Shown: piece after piece, positions 42,351 through 53,616 of the stretch
How the letters are laid out: the number at the start of each line of letters is the position of its first letter
How positions within the stretch are numbered: the stretch's first letter is position 1
Assembly (NCBI GenBank): GCA_009914755.4
Contig: CP068257.2
Span: 8,384,001 to 8,448,000 of the forward strand
Length of the DNA: 64,000 bases
Source of the DNA: the human T2T-CHM13v2.0 reference genome, Homo sapiens
Direction: 5' to 3'
Translations under genes and position numbers: made by a program
Notes under the pieces: model-generated
What the model was told of the DNA's origin: nothing
The model's database searches: none
Seen by the model: the letters and a program-made list of their open reading frames with translations, nothing else

Positions 42351-44959
42351 AAAGGAATGGAATGGAATGGAGTAGAATGGAATGGAATGGAGTGGAGTGG
42401 AGTGGAGTGGAATGGAGTGGAATGTAATGGGATGGAATGACATGGAGTGGAGTGGCGTGGATTGGAGTGGAGTGGAGTGGAGTGGAATGGAATAGAGTGG
42501 AATGGATATAGTGGTGTGGAGTGGAATGGAATGCAGTGGAATGGAATGGAATGGAATGGAATGCAGAAGAGTGGAGTGGAGTGGAATGGAATGTAATGGA
42601 ATGGAAAGGAATGCAATGTAATGGAATGCAATGGAATGGTGAAATGAAATGTGAACTGAGATTGTGCCACTGTACTCCATCTTGGGTGACAGAGTGAGAT
42701 CCTGTCGAAAGAAAGGAATGGAATGGAAAGGAGTGTAGTGGAATGGAATGGAGTGGAGTTAAGTGGAGTGGATTGGCATGAATAGAATGGGATGGAGTGG
42801 AATGGAATGGAGTGGATAGGAGTGGAGTGGAGTTGAGTGGAGTGGATTGGGGTGGATTGGAGTGGAATGGAATGGGATGGAATGGAAAGGAGTGGATTGG
42901 AGTGGCGTGGAATGGAGTGGAATGGAATGGGATAGAATGGAATGGAGTGCAGTGGAGTGAAGTGGAGTGGAGTGGAGTGGAATGGAATGGAATTTAAAAG
43001 AATGGAATGGAATGAAAAGGAATGGAATGCTATGGTGAAATGAAATGTGAGCTGAGACTGTCCCACTGTACTCCATCCTGGGTGATAGAGTGAGATCCTG
43101 TCTTAAGAAAGGAAAGGAATGGAATGGATTGGAAAATAATGGAAAGGAATGGAATGTAGTGGAGTGGGTGGAGTGGAGTGGAGTGGACTGGAGTGGAGTA
43201 AAGTGGAGTGGAGGGGAATGGAGTGGAATAGAATGGGATGGACTGGAATGGAATGAAGTGGAGTGGAGTGGAGTGGAGTCGACTGGAGTGCAGAGAAGTG
43301 GAATGGAGTGGAATGGAAAGCAATGGAATGGACTCGAGTGTAGTGTAGTGGAGTGGAGTGGAATGGAGTGGAGTGGAATGCAATGGAATAGAATGGAATA
43401 GAATGCGATGGAATGCAATAGAATAAAATGGTGAAATGAAATGTGAGCTGAGATTGTGCCATGGCACTCCAGCCGGGGTGTGAGAGTGAGATCCTGTCAA
43501 AAGAAAGGAAAGGAGTGGAAAGGAGTGGAATGGAATAGAATGGAGTGGAGTGGAGTGCAGTAGAGTGGAGTGGAATGGAATGGGATGGAGTGGAATGGAG
43601 TGGAGTGGAGTGAACAAGAGTGGACTGGATTGGATTAAAGTGCAGTGAAGTGGAGGGGAGTGGAGTGGAGGGGAATAGAGTGGAATAGAATGGGATGGAT
43701 TGGAATGGAATGGAGTGGAGGTTAGTGGAGTGGAGTTGAGTGGAGTGCACTGGAGTGGAATGGAGTGGAATGGAATGGAATGGAATGGAGCCGAGTGGAG
43801 TGGAGTGTATTGGAGTGGAATGGAGTGGAGTGGAATTGAATAGAATGGAGCGGAGTTAAATGGAGTGGAGTGGAGTGGAGTGGAATGGAATGGAATGGAA
43901 TGGAATTGAACGGAATGGAAAGGAAAGGAATGCAATGGAATGGAATGGAGTGGAATGCAATGGAATGAAATGGAATAGAATGGTGAAATGAAATGTGAGC
44001 TGAGATTGTGCCACAGCACTCCAACCTGGGTGTGACAGTGAGATCCTGTCGAAGGAAAGGAATGGAATGGAAGGGAATGGAATGGAATGGAGTGGAGTGG
44101 AGTTGATGGGAGTGGAATAGAGTGGAATTGAATGGGATGGAGTGGAATGGAGTGGAGTGAAGTGGAGTGGAATGGAGTGGAATTGAATGGGATGGAATGA
44201 AATGGAGTGGAGTGGAGTGGAATGGAATAGGATGGAACAGAATGGAGTGCATTGCAGTGGAGTGGAGAGGAGTGGAATGGAATGGAACAGAGTGGAGTGG
44301 ACTGGAGTGGAGTAGAATGGAATGGAATAGAATGGAATGGACTCGTGAAATGAAATATGAGCTGAAATTGTGCCACTGCACTCCAGCCTGGGTAACAGAG
44401 TGAGATTCTCTCAAAGAAAGGAATGGAATCAAATGGAGTGGATTGGAATGGAGTGGAATGGAGTGTAGTGGAGTGGAGTGGAGTTGAGTGGAGTGCACTG
44501 GAGTGGAGTGGAGTGCACTGGAGTGGAATGGAGTGGAATGGAATGGTGAAATGAAATTTGAGATGAGATTGTGCTACTGCACTCCAGCTTGTGTCACAGA
44601 GTGAGATCCTGTCAAAAGAAGGGAATGGATTGCAGTGAAGTGGAATTGAAAGAAATGGAATGGAATGGAATAGAATGGGATGGGATGGAATGGAATGGGA
44701 TGGGATGGAATGGAATGGAATGGAATGGTATGGAATGGAATGGAGTGGAGTGGACTGGAGTGGTGTGGTATGGAATGGAATCTAATGGGACAGAATGTAA
44801 TGGAATGGAGTGGAGTGGAGTGCAGTGGAGTGGAATGGAGTGGAATGGAATGGGATGGAGAGTATTGATGCGGAGTGGACAGGAGTGGAGTGGAGTGGAC
44901 TGGAGTGGAAGGGAGTGGAGTGGAGTGGAGCAGAATGGAACAGAATGGAACGAAATGGA

Positions 44960-46590
44960 ATGGAATGGTGAAATAAAATGTGAGCTGAGATTGTGCCACT
45001 GCACTCCAGCCAGGGTGACAGAGTAAGATCCTTTCAAAAGATAGGAAAGTAATGTAATGGATTGTATTGGAATTGAATGGAATGGAATGCAGTGGAGTGG
45101 ACTGGAGTGGAGTGGAATGGAGTGGAATGTAAAGTGATGCTATAGAAAGGATCGGAATGGAGTGGAGTCGAATGGAATGGAATGGAATAAGATGGAATGG
45201 AGAGGAGAGGAGAGGATTGGAGTGGAGTGGAATGGAATGGAATGGAATGGAATGGAGTGGAGTGGAGTTGAGTGGACTGGAGTGGAATGGAGTGTAATGG
45301 AATGGAAAGGTGAAATGAAATGTGAGCTCAGATTGTGCCACTGTACTCCAGCCTGTGTGACAGAGTGAGACCCTGTCAAAAGAAAGTGATGGAATGGAAT
45401 GGAGTGGAATGGAAAGGAATGGAATTGAATGGAGTGGAGTGTAGTGGAATGGAATGGAGTGGAATGGAGTGGAGTGGAGTGGAATGGAATGGAGTGGAAT
45501 GGAGTGGAGTGGAGTGGAATGGAGTGGAATGGAATGGGATGGAAAGGAATGTAATGGTTTCAAATGGAGTGGAGTGATGTGGAATGGAGTGGAATATAAT
45601 GGGATGGATTGAATGGAGTGGAGTGGGATGGAATGGAGTGGAATGGAATGGAATGGAATGGAATGGAGTGGAGTGGAATGGAATGGAGTGGAGTGCACTG
45701 GAATGCAATGGAATGGAACGGAATGGAATGGAATGGTGAAATTAAATGTGAGCTGTGATTGTGCCACTGCACTCCAGCCTGGGTGGCAGAGTGAGATGCT
45801 GTCGAAAGAAAGGAATGCAATGGAATGGAATGGAATGGAGCGGAATGGAGAGGAGTGGTGTGGAGTGGAGTGGAGTGGAGTGGAGAGGAATGGAATGGAG
45901 TGGAATGGGATGGGAAGGAATTGAATGGAATATAGCGGAGTGGAGTGGAGTGGAATGGAATGGAATGGAATGGCGTGGAGTGGAGTGGAGTGGATTGGAG
46001 TTAAATAGAATGGAATTGAATGCAATGGAATGGTGAAATGAAATGTGATCTGAGATTGTGCCACTACACTCCAGCCTCAGTGACAGAGTGACACTCTTTC
46101 GAAGAAAACGAATGGAATGGAATGGAGTGGAATGGAATGGAATGGAGTGGAGAGTAGTGGAGTGGAGTGAAGTGGAGTGGAGAGGAATGGAATACTTTGG
46201 AGTGGAATTGAATGGAGTGGAGGGTAGTGGAGTGAAATGGATTGGAATGGAGTGGAATGGAATGGGCTGGAATGGAGTGGAGTGGTGTGGAGCGGACTGG
46301 AGTGGAATGGAATGGGTTGGAATGGAGTGGAGTGGTGTGGAGCGGACTGGAGTGGATGGGAGTTGAATGGAATGGAGTGGAGTGGTGTGGAGTGGACTGG
46401 AGTGGAAGGGAGTTTAATGGAATGGGATGGAATGGAATGGAGTGGAGTGGAGTTTAATAGAATGGGATGGAATGGAATTGAATGGAAAGGAATGGAATGG
46501 AATGGAATGGAATGGTGAAATGAAATGTGAACTGAAATTGTGTTACTGCACTCCACCCTGGGTGACAGAGTGAGATCCTGTCAAAAGAAA
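44960..46590. repeat. Higher-order module copy 3, partial/diverged (B'-D-E'-x-C).
   Basis: Begins with 'aaagataggaaagtaatgtaatggattgtattggaattgaatgg', ~5.3 kb after the copy 2 start. The D variant is at 45310, E' at 45735 and C at 46515. Confidence 0.55.
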
Positions 46591-47424
46591 GGAATGGAAT
46601 GGAATGGAGTAGAATGGAATGGAATGGAATGGAATGGAGTGAATTGGAGTGGAGTTTAGTGGAGTGGAGTGGAATGCTGTGGAATGGAATGGTATGGAAT
46701 GGAATGGAATGGCATGGAGTGGAGTAGAGTTGATTAGAGTGGAGTGGAGTGGAGTGGAATGGAGTGGAATACAATGGAATGGAGTGGAGTGGATTGGAAT
46801 GTAGAAGGGTGGACTGGAATGAAGTGGAATGGAACGGAATGGAATGGAATTGAATGGAATGGAGTGGAATGGAATGGAGTGGAATGGAATGGAATGGAAT
46901 GGAATGGAATGGAATGGTGAAATGAAATGTGAGCTGAGATAGTGCCGCTGCACTCCAGCCTGGGTGACAGAGTGAGATCCTGTTGAAAGAAAGGAATGGA
47001 ATGGAATGGAATGGAATGGAATGGAATGGAATGGAATGGAATGGAATGGAGTGAAGTGGAGTGGAGTGGAGTGGAGAGGAATGGAGTGGAATGTGATAGG
47101 ATGGATTGGAGTGGAATGGAGTAGAATGGACTGGACTGAGGTGGAGTGGATTGGAGTGGAATGGAGTGGAATGGAGTGGATGGAATGGAATGAAATGGAT
47201 TGGAATGGAATTGAGTGGATTGAAGTGGAGTGGAGTGGAATGAAGTGCAGTGGAATGTTATGGAATGGAAATGAATGGAATGGAATGCAATGAAATATAA
47301 TGGTGAAGTGAAATGTCAGCTGAGATTACTCCACTGCACTCCAGCCTGGGTGACAGAGTGATATCCTGTCGAAAGAAAGGAATGGAATGGAATGGAATGG
47401 TGTGGAATGGAATGGAATGGAAGG

Positions 47425-47525
47425 GAGTGTAGTGTAGTGTAGTGTAGTGTAGTGTAGTGTAGTTTAGTGTAGTGTAGTGTAGTGTAGTGTAGTGTAGTGG
47501 AATGGAGTGTAGTGTAGTGCAGTGT
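47425..47525. repeat. (GTGTA)n/(TAGTG)n pentamer microsatellite expansion (~19 units) inside HSat3.
   Basis: 'gtgtagtgtagtgtagtgtagtgtagtgtagtgtagtttagtgtagtgtagtgtagtgtagtgtagtgtagtgg'. A shorter run is at ~27061-27090. Confidence 0.85.
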
Positions 47526-48140
47526 AGTGGAGTGGAGTGGAGTTTAATGCAATGGGATGGAATTGAAGGGAGTGGAGTGGAGTGGAATGCAATGTAGTGA
47601 AAGGGAGTGTGATGGATTGGAATGGAGTGGATTGCAGTGGAGCGGAGTGTAGTGGAATGGAATGGAATGGAGTGGAATGGAATTGAATGGAATGCAATGG
47701 AATGGAATGGCGTGGAATGAATTGGAATGGAATGGTGAAATGAAATGTGAGCTGAGATTGTGCTACTTCACTCCAGGCTGGTTGACAGGGTGAGATATTG
47801 TCAAAAGAAAGGAGTGGAGTGGAGTGGAGTTGAATGCAATGGGATGGAATGGAATGGAGTGGAGTGGAGTCGAGTAGAGTGGTTTGGAGTGGAATGGAAT
47901 GGAATAGAATGGAAAGGAATGGAATGCAATGGAATGGAATGGAAAGGTGAAATGTAATGCGAGCTGAGATTGTGCCACTGCACTGCAGCCTGGGTTACAG
48001 AGTGAGATCCTGTCGAAAGAAATGAATGTAATGGAATGGAGTGGAATGTAATGGAATGGAATGTAATGGAGTGGGGTGGAGTGCAGTGGAGTGAGGTGGA
48101 GTGGAATGGAATGGGACAGAATGGAATGCAGTGGAGTGGA

Positions 48141-51100
48141 TTGGAGCACTTTGAGGCCTATGGTGGAAAAGGAAATATCTTCACATAATACCTAGACAGA
48201 AGCAGTCTGAGAAACTTCTTTGTGATGTGTGCGGTCTTCTCACAGAGTTGAACCTTTCTTTTTATTGAGCAGTTTGGAAACTCTTTTTGTAGAATCTGCA
48301 AGTGGACATTTGGAGCGATTTGAGGCATATGTTGAAAAAAAATCTTCACATGAAAACTAGACAGAAGCGTTCTGCAAACTTCTTTGTGATATGTGCATTC
48401 ATCTCAAATAATTTAACCTTTATTTGATTCAGCAGCTTTGAAACTCCCTTTTTGTATTATCTGCAAGTGGACATTTGGAGTGCTTTGAGGCATATGATGG
48501 AAAAGGAAATATCTTCAAAAAAGCTAGACAGAAGCATTCTGACAAATTTCTTTGTGATGTGTGCATTCATCTCACAGGTTTGAACCTTTCATTTGATTGA
48601 ACGGCTTTGAAAAACTTTGTACAATCTGCATGTGGAAATTTGGAGCACTTTGAATCCTATGGTGGAAAAGGAAGTATCTTCATATAAAAACTATACAGAA
48701 ACATTCTGACAAACTTCTTTCTGATGTGTGAATTTATCTCACAGATTTGAACGTTTCTTTTCATTGAGCAGTTTTGAAACACTCTTTTTGTAGAATCTGC
48801 AAGTGGATATTTGGAGAGTTTTCAGGCCTACGGTGGAAAAGGAAATATCTTCACATAAAAACTAAACAGAAGCATTCTGAGAAACTTCTTTGTGATGTAT
48901 GCATTCACCTCACAGTGTTGAAATTTTATTTTGATTGAGCAGTTTCAAAACACTCTTTTTGTAGAATCTGCAAGTGGACATTTATGAGCACTGTGAGGCC
49001 TAGTGTGGAAAAGGAAACATCTTCACATTAAAACTAGACAGAATAATTCTGACCAACTTCTTTTGGATGTGTGCATCTATCTTCCAGATGTGAACCTTAC
49101 TTTCGATTGAGCAGTTCTGAAACACTCTTTTTGTAGAATCTGCAAGTGGAAATTTGGAGCGCTTTGCAGGCTATGGTGGAAAAGGAAACATTTTCACATA
49201 AAAACTAGACAGAATCATTCTGACAAACTTCTTTGGGATGTGTGCATTCATCTGACAGAGTTGGAACTTTCTTTTGATTGAACAGTTTTGAAACACGTTT
49301 TGTAGAATTTGCAGGAGGACATTTGGAGTGTTTTGAGGCCTATGGTGGAAAAGAAAATATCTTCACTTAAGTGCTAAACAGAAGCATTCTGAGAACCTTC
49401 TTTGTGATGTGTGCATTCATCTCACCGAATTTAACCTTACTTTTGATTGAGCTGTTTTGAAACACTCTTGTAGAATCTGCAATAGGACATTTGGAGCGCT
49501 TTGTGGACTATGGTGGAAAAGGAAATAACTTCACATAAAAACTAGACAGAATCATTCTGAGAAAATTCTTTGTGATATGTGAATTCATCTTAGAGAGTTG
49601 AACCTTTCTTTTGAGCAGTTTTGAAAAACTCATTTGTAGAATCTATAATTGGTCATTTGCAGCACTTTGAGGCCTATGGTGGAAAAGGAAATATCTTCAC
49701 ATAAAAACTAGACAGAAGCATTCTGAGAATCTTCTTTATGATGTGTGCACTCACCTCACAGATTCGAACCTTTCTTTTGGTTGAGCAGTTTGGAAACACT
49801 CTTTTTGTAGAATCTGCAAGTGGATATTTGGAGTGCTATACTGCCTAAAGTGGAAAAGAAAATATCTTCACATAAAAACTAGACAGAAGCATTCTGAGCA
49901 ACTCCTTTCACATGTGTGCATTCACGTGACAGAGTTGAAATTTTCTTATGATTGAGCAGTTTTGAAACATTCTTTTTGAGAATCTGCAAGTGGATATTGG
50001 GAGAAATTTGAGGCCTGTTTTGGAAAAGGAAATATCTTCACATAAAAACTAGACAGAAGCATTCTGAGAAAATTATTTGTGATGTGTCCATGCATGTCAC
50101 AGGTTTGGAGATTTTTCCATTGAGCAGTTTTGAAATACTCTTTTTGTAGAATCTACAAGTGGATATTTTGGGAGCTTTGAGGCCTATGGTAGAAAAGGAA
50201 ATATCTTCACATAAAACAAGACAGAAGAATTCTGAGAAACTTTTTTGTAAGGTGGGCATTCATCTCACAGGGTTGAACCTTTCTTTTGATTGAGCAGTTT
50301 TAAACACTCTATTTGTAGAATCTGCATTTGGACATTTGGAGTGCTTTGCGGCCTATGGTAGTGAAAGAAATACCTTCACATAAAATCTAGAGAGAAGCAA
50401 TCTGAGAAACTTCTTTTTGATTTGTGTATTCATCTCACAGTGTTAAACCTTTCCTGTGATTGAACAGTTTGAAACTCTCTTTTTGTAGAATCTGATAGTG
50501 GACATTTGGAGCACTTTGAGGACAATGGTGGAAAAGGAAATATCTTTACATAAAAACTAGACTGAAGATTTGTGAGAAACTTCATTGTGATGTGTACGTT
50601 CATCTCACAAAGGTGAACCTTTATTTTGAGTGAGCAGTTTGGAAACACGGTTTATGTAAAATCTGCAAGTAGATATTTGGAGCGCTTTGCGTCCTATGTT
50701 ATAAAATGAAATACCATCACATAAAATCTTGACAGAAGCAATCTGAGAAATTTCTTTGTGATGTGTGCATTCATATCAAAGAGTTAAACCTTTGTTTTGA
50801 TTGAACAGTTTTAAAACTCTCTTTTTGTAGAACCTGCAATTGGACACTTTTAGCGCTTTGAGGCCTATGGTGGAATAGGAAACGTCTTCACATAAAAACT
50901 ACACAGAAGAATTCTGAGAAATTTCTTTGGGATACGTGCGTTCATCTTACAGAGTTTAATCTTTCTTTTGATTGAGCAGTTTGGAAACACTTTTTGTAGA
51001 ATCTACAAGTAGACATTTGCAGCGCTTTGAGGGCTGTGGTAGAAAAGGAAGTATCTTCACATAAAATCTAGACAGAAGCAATCTGAGAAACTTCTTTTTG

Positions 51101-51642
51101 ATGTGTGCATTCATCTCACAGAGTTAAAACTTTCTTTTGATTGAGTAGTTTAAAATTCTCTTTTTGTAGAATCTGCAAGTGGACTTTTGGAGCACTTTGA
51201 GGCCTATGGTGGAAAAGGAAATATCCTCACATAGAAACTAGATAGAAGAATTCTGAGAAACTTCATTGTGTTGTCTGTGTTTATCTCACAGAGTTGAAAA
51301 TTTCTTTTGATTGAGCAGTTTGAAAACTCTCTTTTTGTAGAATCTGCAAGTGGACATTTGAAGGGCTTTGCATCCTTTGGTACAAAAGGAAATACCTTCA
51401 CATAAATTCTAGACGGAAGCAATCTGAGAAACTTTTATTGTGATTTGTGCATTCACTTCACAGAGTTAAAACTTTCTTTTGATTGAGCAGTTTGAAACTC
51501 TGTTTTTGTAGAATCTGCAAGTGGACATTTGGAGCGCTTTGAGGCCTATGGTGGAAAAGGAAATATCTTCACAGGAAAACTAGATAGAAGTATTCTGAGA
51601 AACTTCTTTGTGATGTATGCAGTCATATCTCAGAGTTGAACC
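48141..51642 (+). repeat. Alpha satellite monomers in sense (consensus) orientation, opposite to block 1-12105.
   Basis: The junction '...gcagtggagtggattggag|cactttgaggcctatggtggaaaaggaaatatcttcacataa' at ~48138-48143 has 'tggag' microhomology. Monomers read 'tctgcaagtggatatttggagcgctttgaggcctatggtggaaaaggaaatatcttcacataaaaactagacagaagcattctgagaaacttctttgtgatgtgtgcattcatctcacagagttgaacctttcttttgattgagcagttt'. Confidence 0.95.
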
Positions 51643-51852
51643 TTTTTTTTTTGCCTTTCATTTTGTATACTTTATTTATTTTTTAATTTTTAATTTTGGT
51701 GGGTACTTAGTAGATATATATATTTATGGATATATGAGATGTTTTGATACAGGCATGCAGGGCATAACAATCACAGCATGGAAAATAGACTATCCATTCC
51801 CTCAAGTATTTATTATCCTTTGTGTTACAAACATCCAATTATACTCTTCTAG
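51643..51852 (-). mobile_element. L1PB/L1MA-like 3' terminus (~190 bp, same orientation as the SVA) ending in its own poly(A) (poly-T at 51643-51652). Interpreted as an SVA 3' transduction.
   Basis: 'ggtgggtacttagtagatatatatatttatggatatatgagatgttttgatacaggcatgcagggcataacaatcacagcatggaaaatagactatccattccctcaagtatttattatcctttgtgttacaaacatccaattatactcttctagtt' resembles the antisense of the 3' end of older primate L1s. Its minus-strand 3' end is A-rich with AATAAA-like signals ('...aaaattaaaaattaaaaaataaataaag...'), followed by (a)10-11, then alpha. Confidence 0.6.
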
Positions 51853-53616
51853 TTTTTGTTTTTGTTGTTTTTTTTTCTTTTTCTTTTTTATTGATCATTC
51901 TTGAGTGTTTCTTGCAGAGGGGGATTTGGCAAGGTCACAGGACAATAGTGGAGGGAGGTCAGCAGATAAACAAGTGAAAAAAGGTCTCTGGTTTTCCTAG
52001 GCAGAGGACCCTGGGGCCTTCCTCAGTGTTTGTGTCTCTGGGTACTTGAGATTAGGGAGTGGTGATGACTCTTAATGAGCATGCTGCCTTCAAGCATCTG
52101 TTTAACAAAGCACATCTTGCACCGCACTTAATCCATTTAACCCTGAGTGGACACAGCACATGTTTCAGAGAGCACCAGGTTGGGGGTAAGGTCGTAGATC
52201 AACAGCATCCCAAGGCAGAAGAATTTTTCTTAGTACAGAACAAAATGGAGTCTCCTATGTCTACTTCTTTCCACACAGACACAGCAACAATCTGATTTCT
52301 CTATCTTTTCCCCACATTTCCCCCTTTTCTATTTGACAAAACCACCATCGTCATCATGGCCCGTTCTCAATGAGCTGTTGGGTACACCTCCCAGATGGGG
52401 TGGCGGCCGGGCAGAGGGTCTCCTCACTTCCCAGAAGGGGTGGCCAGGCAGAGGCGCCCCCCACCCCCCAGACAGGGCGGCTGACTGGGCGTGGGCTGCT
52501 CCCCACCTCCCTCCCTGCCGGGGTGGCTGGCCGGGCGGGGGCTGCCCCCCAACTCCCTCCCAGATGGGGCGGCTGGCCGGGAAGGGGCTGCCCCCCACCT
52601 ACCTCCCAGATGGGGTGGCTGGCCGGGCAGGGGCTGCCCCCTGCCTTCCTCCTGGATGGGGCAGCTGGCCGGGGGGGGGGCTGCCTGCCATCTTCCTCCT
52701 GGACGGGGTGGCTTGACTGGTGGGGGTTGCCCCCCACCTCCCTCCTGGATGGGGTGGCTGCCAGGCGGAGACACTCCTCACTTCCCAGATGGGGTGGCTG
52801 CCGGGCAGAGGGGCTCCTCACTTCTCAGATGGGGCGGCTGCTGGGCAGAGGGGCTCCTCACTTCTCAGACTGGGCAGCCGGGCAGAGACACTCCTCACCT
52901 CCCAGACAGGGTTGTGGCTGGGTAGAGGCACTCCTCACATCCCAGATGGAGTGGCCGGGCAGAGGCGCTCCCCACATCTCAGACGATGGGCGGCCGGGCA
53001 GAGACCCTCCTCACTTCCTAGATGGGATGGCGACCGGGAAGAGGTGCTCTTCACTTCCCAGACTGGGCAGCCGGGCTGAGGGGCTCCACACATCCCAGAT
53101 GATGGGCGGCCAGGCAGAGACGCTCCTCACTTCCCAGATGGGGTGGCGGCTGGGCAGAGACTGCAATCTTGGCACTTTGGGAGGCCAAGGCTGGCGGCTG
53201 GGAGGTGGAGGTTGTAGCGAGCTGAGATCAGGCCACTGCACTCCAGCCTGGGCAACATTGAGCACTGAGTGAACGAGACTCCATCTGCAATCCTGGCACC
53301 TCGGGAGGCTGAGGCTGGCAGATCACTCGCGGTTAGGAGCTGGAGACCAGCCCAGCCAACACAGTGAAACCCTGTCTCCACCAAAAAAATACGAAAATCA
53401 GTCAGGCATGGTGACACATGCCTGCAATCGCAGGCACTCAGCAGGCTGAGGCAGGAGAATCAGGCAGGGAGGTTGCAGTGAGCAGAGATGGCAGCAGTAC
53501 AGTCCAGCTTCGGCTCAGCATCAGAGGGAGACAGTGGAAAGAGAGGGAGAGGGAGACCGTGGGGAGAGGGAGAGGGAGACCGTGAGGAGAGGGAGAGGGA
53601 GAGGGAGAGGGAGAAC
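51853..53616 (-). mobile_element. SVA body (hexamer, Alu-like, VNTR, SINE-R, poly(A)).
   Basis: As above. The component order reads right to left on the plus strand. Confidence 0.88.
52370..53160 (-). repeat. SVA VNTR (GC-rich ~35-50 bp units).
   Basis: Repeating 'cccagatggggtggcggccgggcagaggggctcctcacttc' type units. Confidence 0.85.

Larger units (their letters stand above)
34200..48140. repeat. HSat3 domain B: the Alu-derived motif occurs every ~0.2-0.75 kb (typically 330-480 bp) in several sequence variants that recur in a fixed order (higher-order structure).
   Basis: Motif positions ~34657, 34990, 35360, 35648, 36245, 36582, 37005, 37330, 37693, 38445, 39130, 39650, 39967, 40315, 40895, 41255, 41618, 41868, 42280, 42643, 43037, 43432, 43983, 44345, 44555, 44960, 45310, 45735, 46040, 46515, 46920, 47300, 47740, 47945. 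Variants include 'gctgag...cagcctggg...atcctgtcaaaagaaagg', 'gctcag...ccactgtgctccagtctgtgtgagacagtgagaccctgtcgaaag', 'gtgaactgaaattgtgttactg', 'gggagagagag', 'cctctcaaaacaaagaaatgg' and 'cctgtagaaa'. Confidence 0.7.
51643..53616 (-). mobile_element. SVA retrotransposon composite (minus strand): SVA body, then poly(A), then a ~200-bp 3'-transduced older-L1 3' terminus, then a second poly(A). The whole composite is flanked by a 'tgaaccttt' TSD in alpha satellite.
   Basis: Right end: (AGAGGG)n, the reverse complement of the CCCTCT hexamer, at 53480-53615. Next to it are antisense-Alu-like segments at 53160-53460, a GC-rich VNTR at 52370-53160 and the SINE-R reverse complement at 51890-52370 ('ttttattgatcattcttgagtgtttcttgcagagggggatttggcaaggtcacaggacaatagtggagggaggtcagcagataaacaagtg'). 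T-rich poly(A) reverse complement at 51853-51889. The left flank 'agagttgaacc(t)n' and right flank 'ctgaacctttcttttga' share 'tgaaccttt'. Confidence 0.85.

Noticed and set aside
51643-51852. The L1-like 190-bp segment being an independent, earlier L1 insertion that the SVA later hit.
   Set aside because: That would require the SVA to land exactly at the L1 fragment's 5' junction. It also leaves the matching 'tgaaccttt' flanks on the two outer sides of the composite unexplained. A single-event 3' transduction is more parsimonious. This alternative is kept in would_refute because the orientation call rests on recalled L1 consensus features.
52333-53272. GC-rich ORFs (300 aa, P/G/R/A-rich) on both strands at 52.3-53.3 kb.
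   Set aside because: They lie entirely within the SVA VNTR and Alu-like region. The GC-rich tandem repeat produces open frames in several phases at once. It is not a gene.
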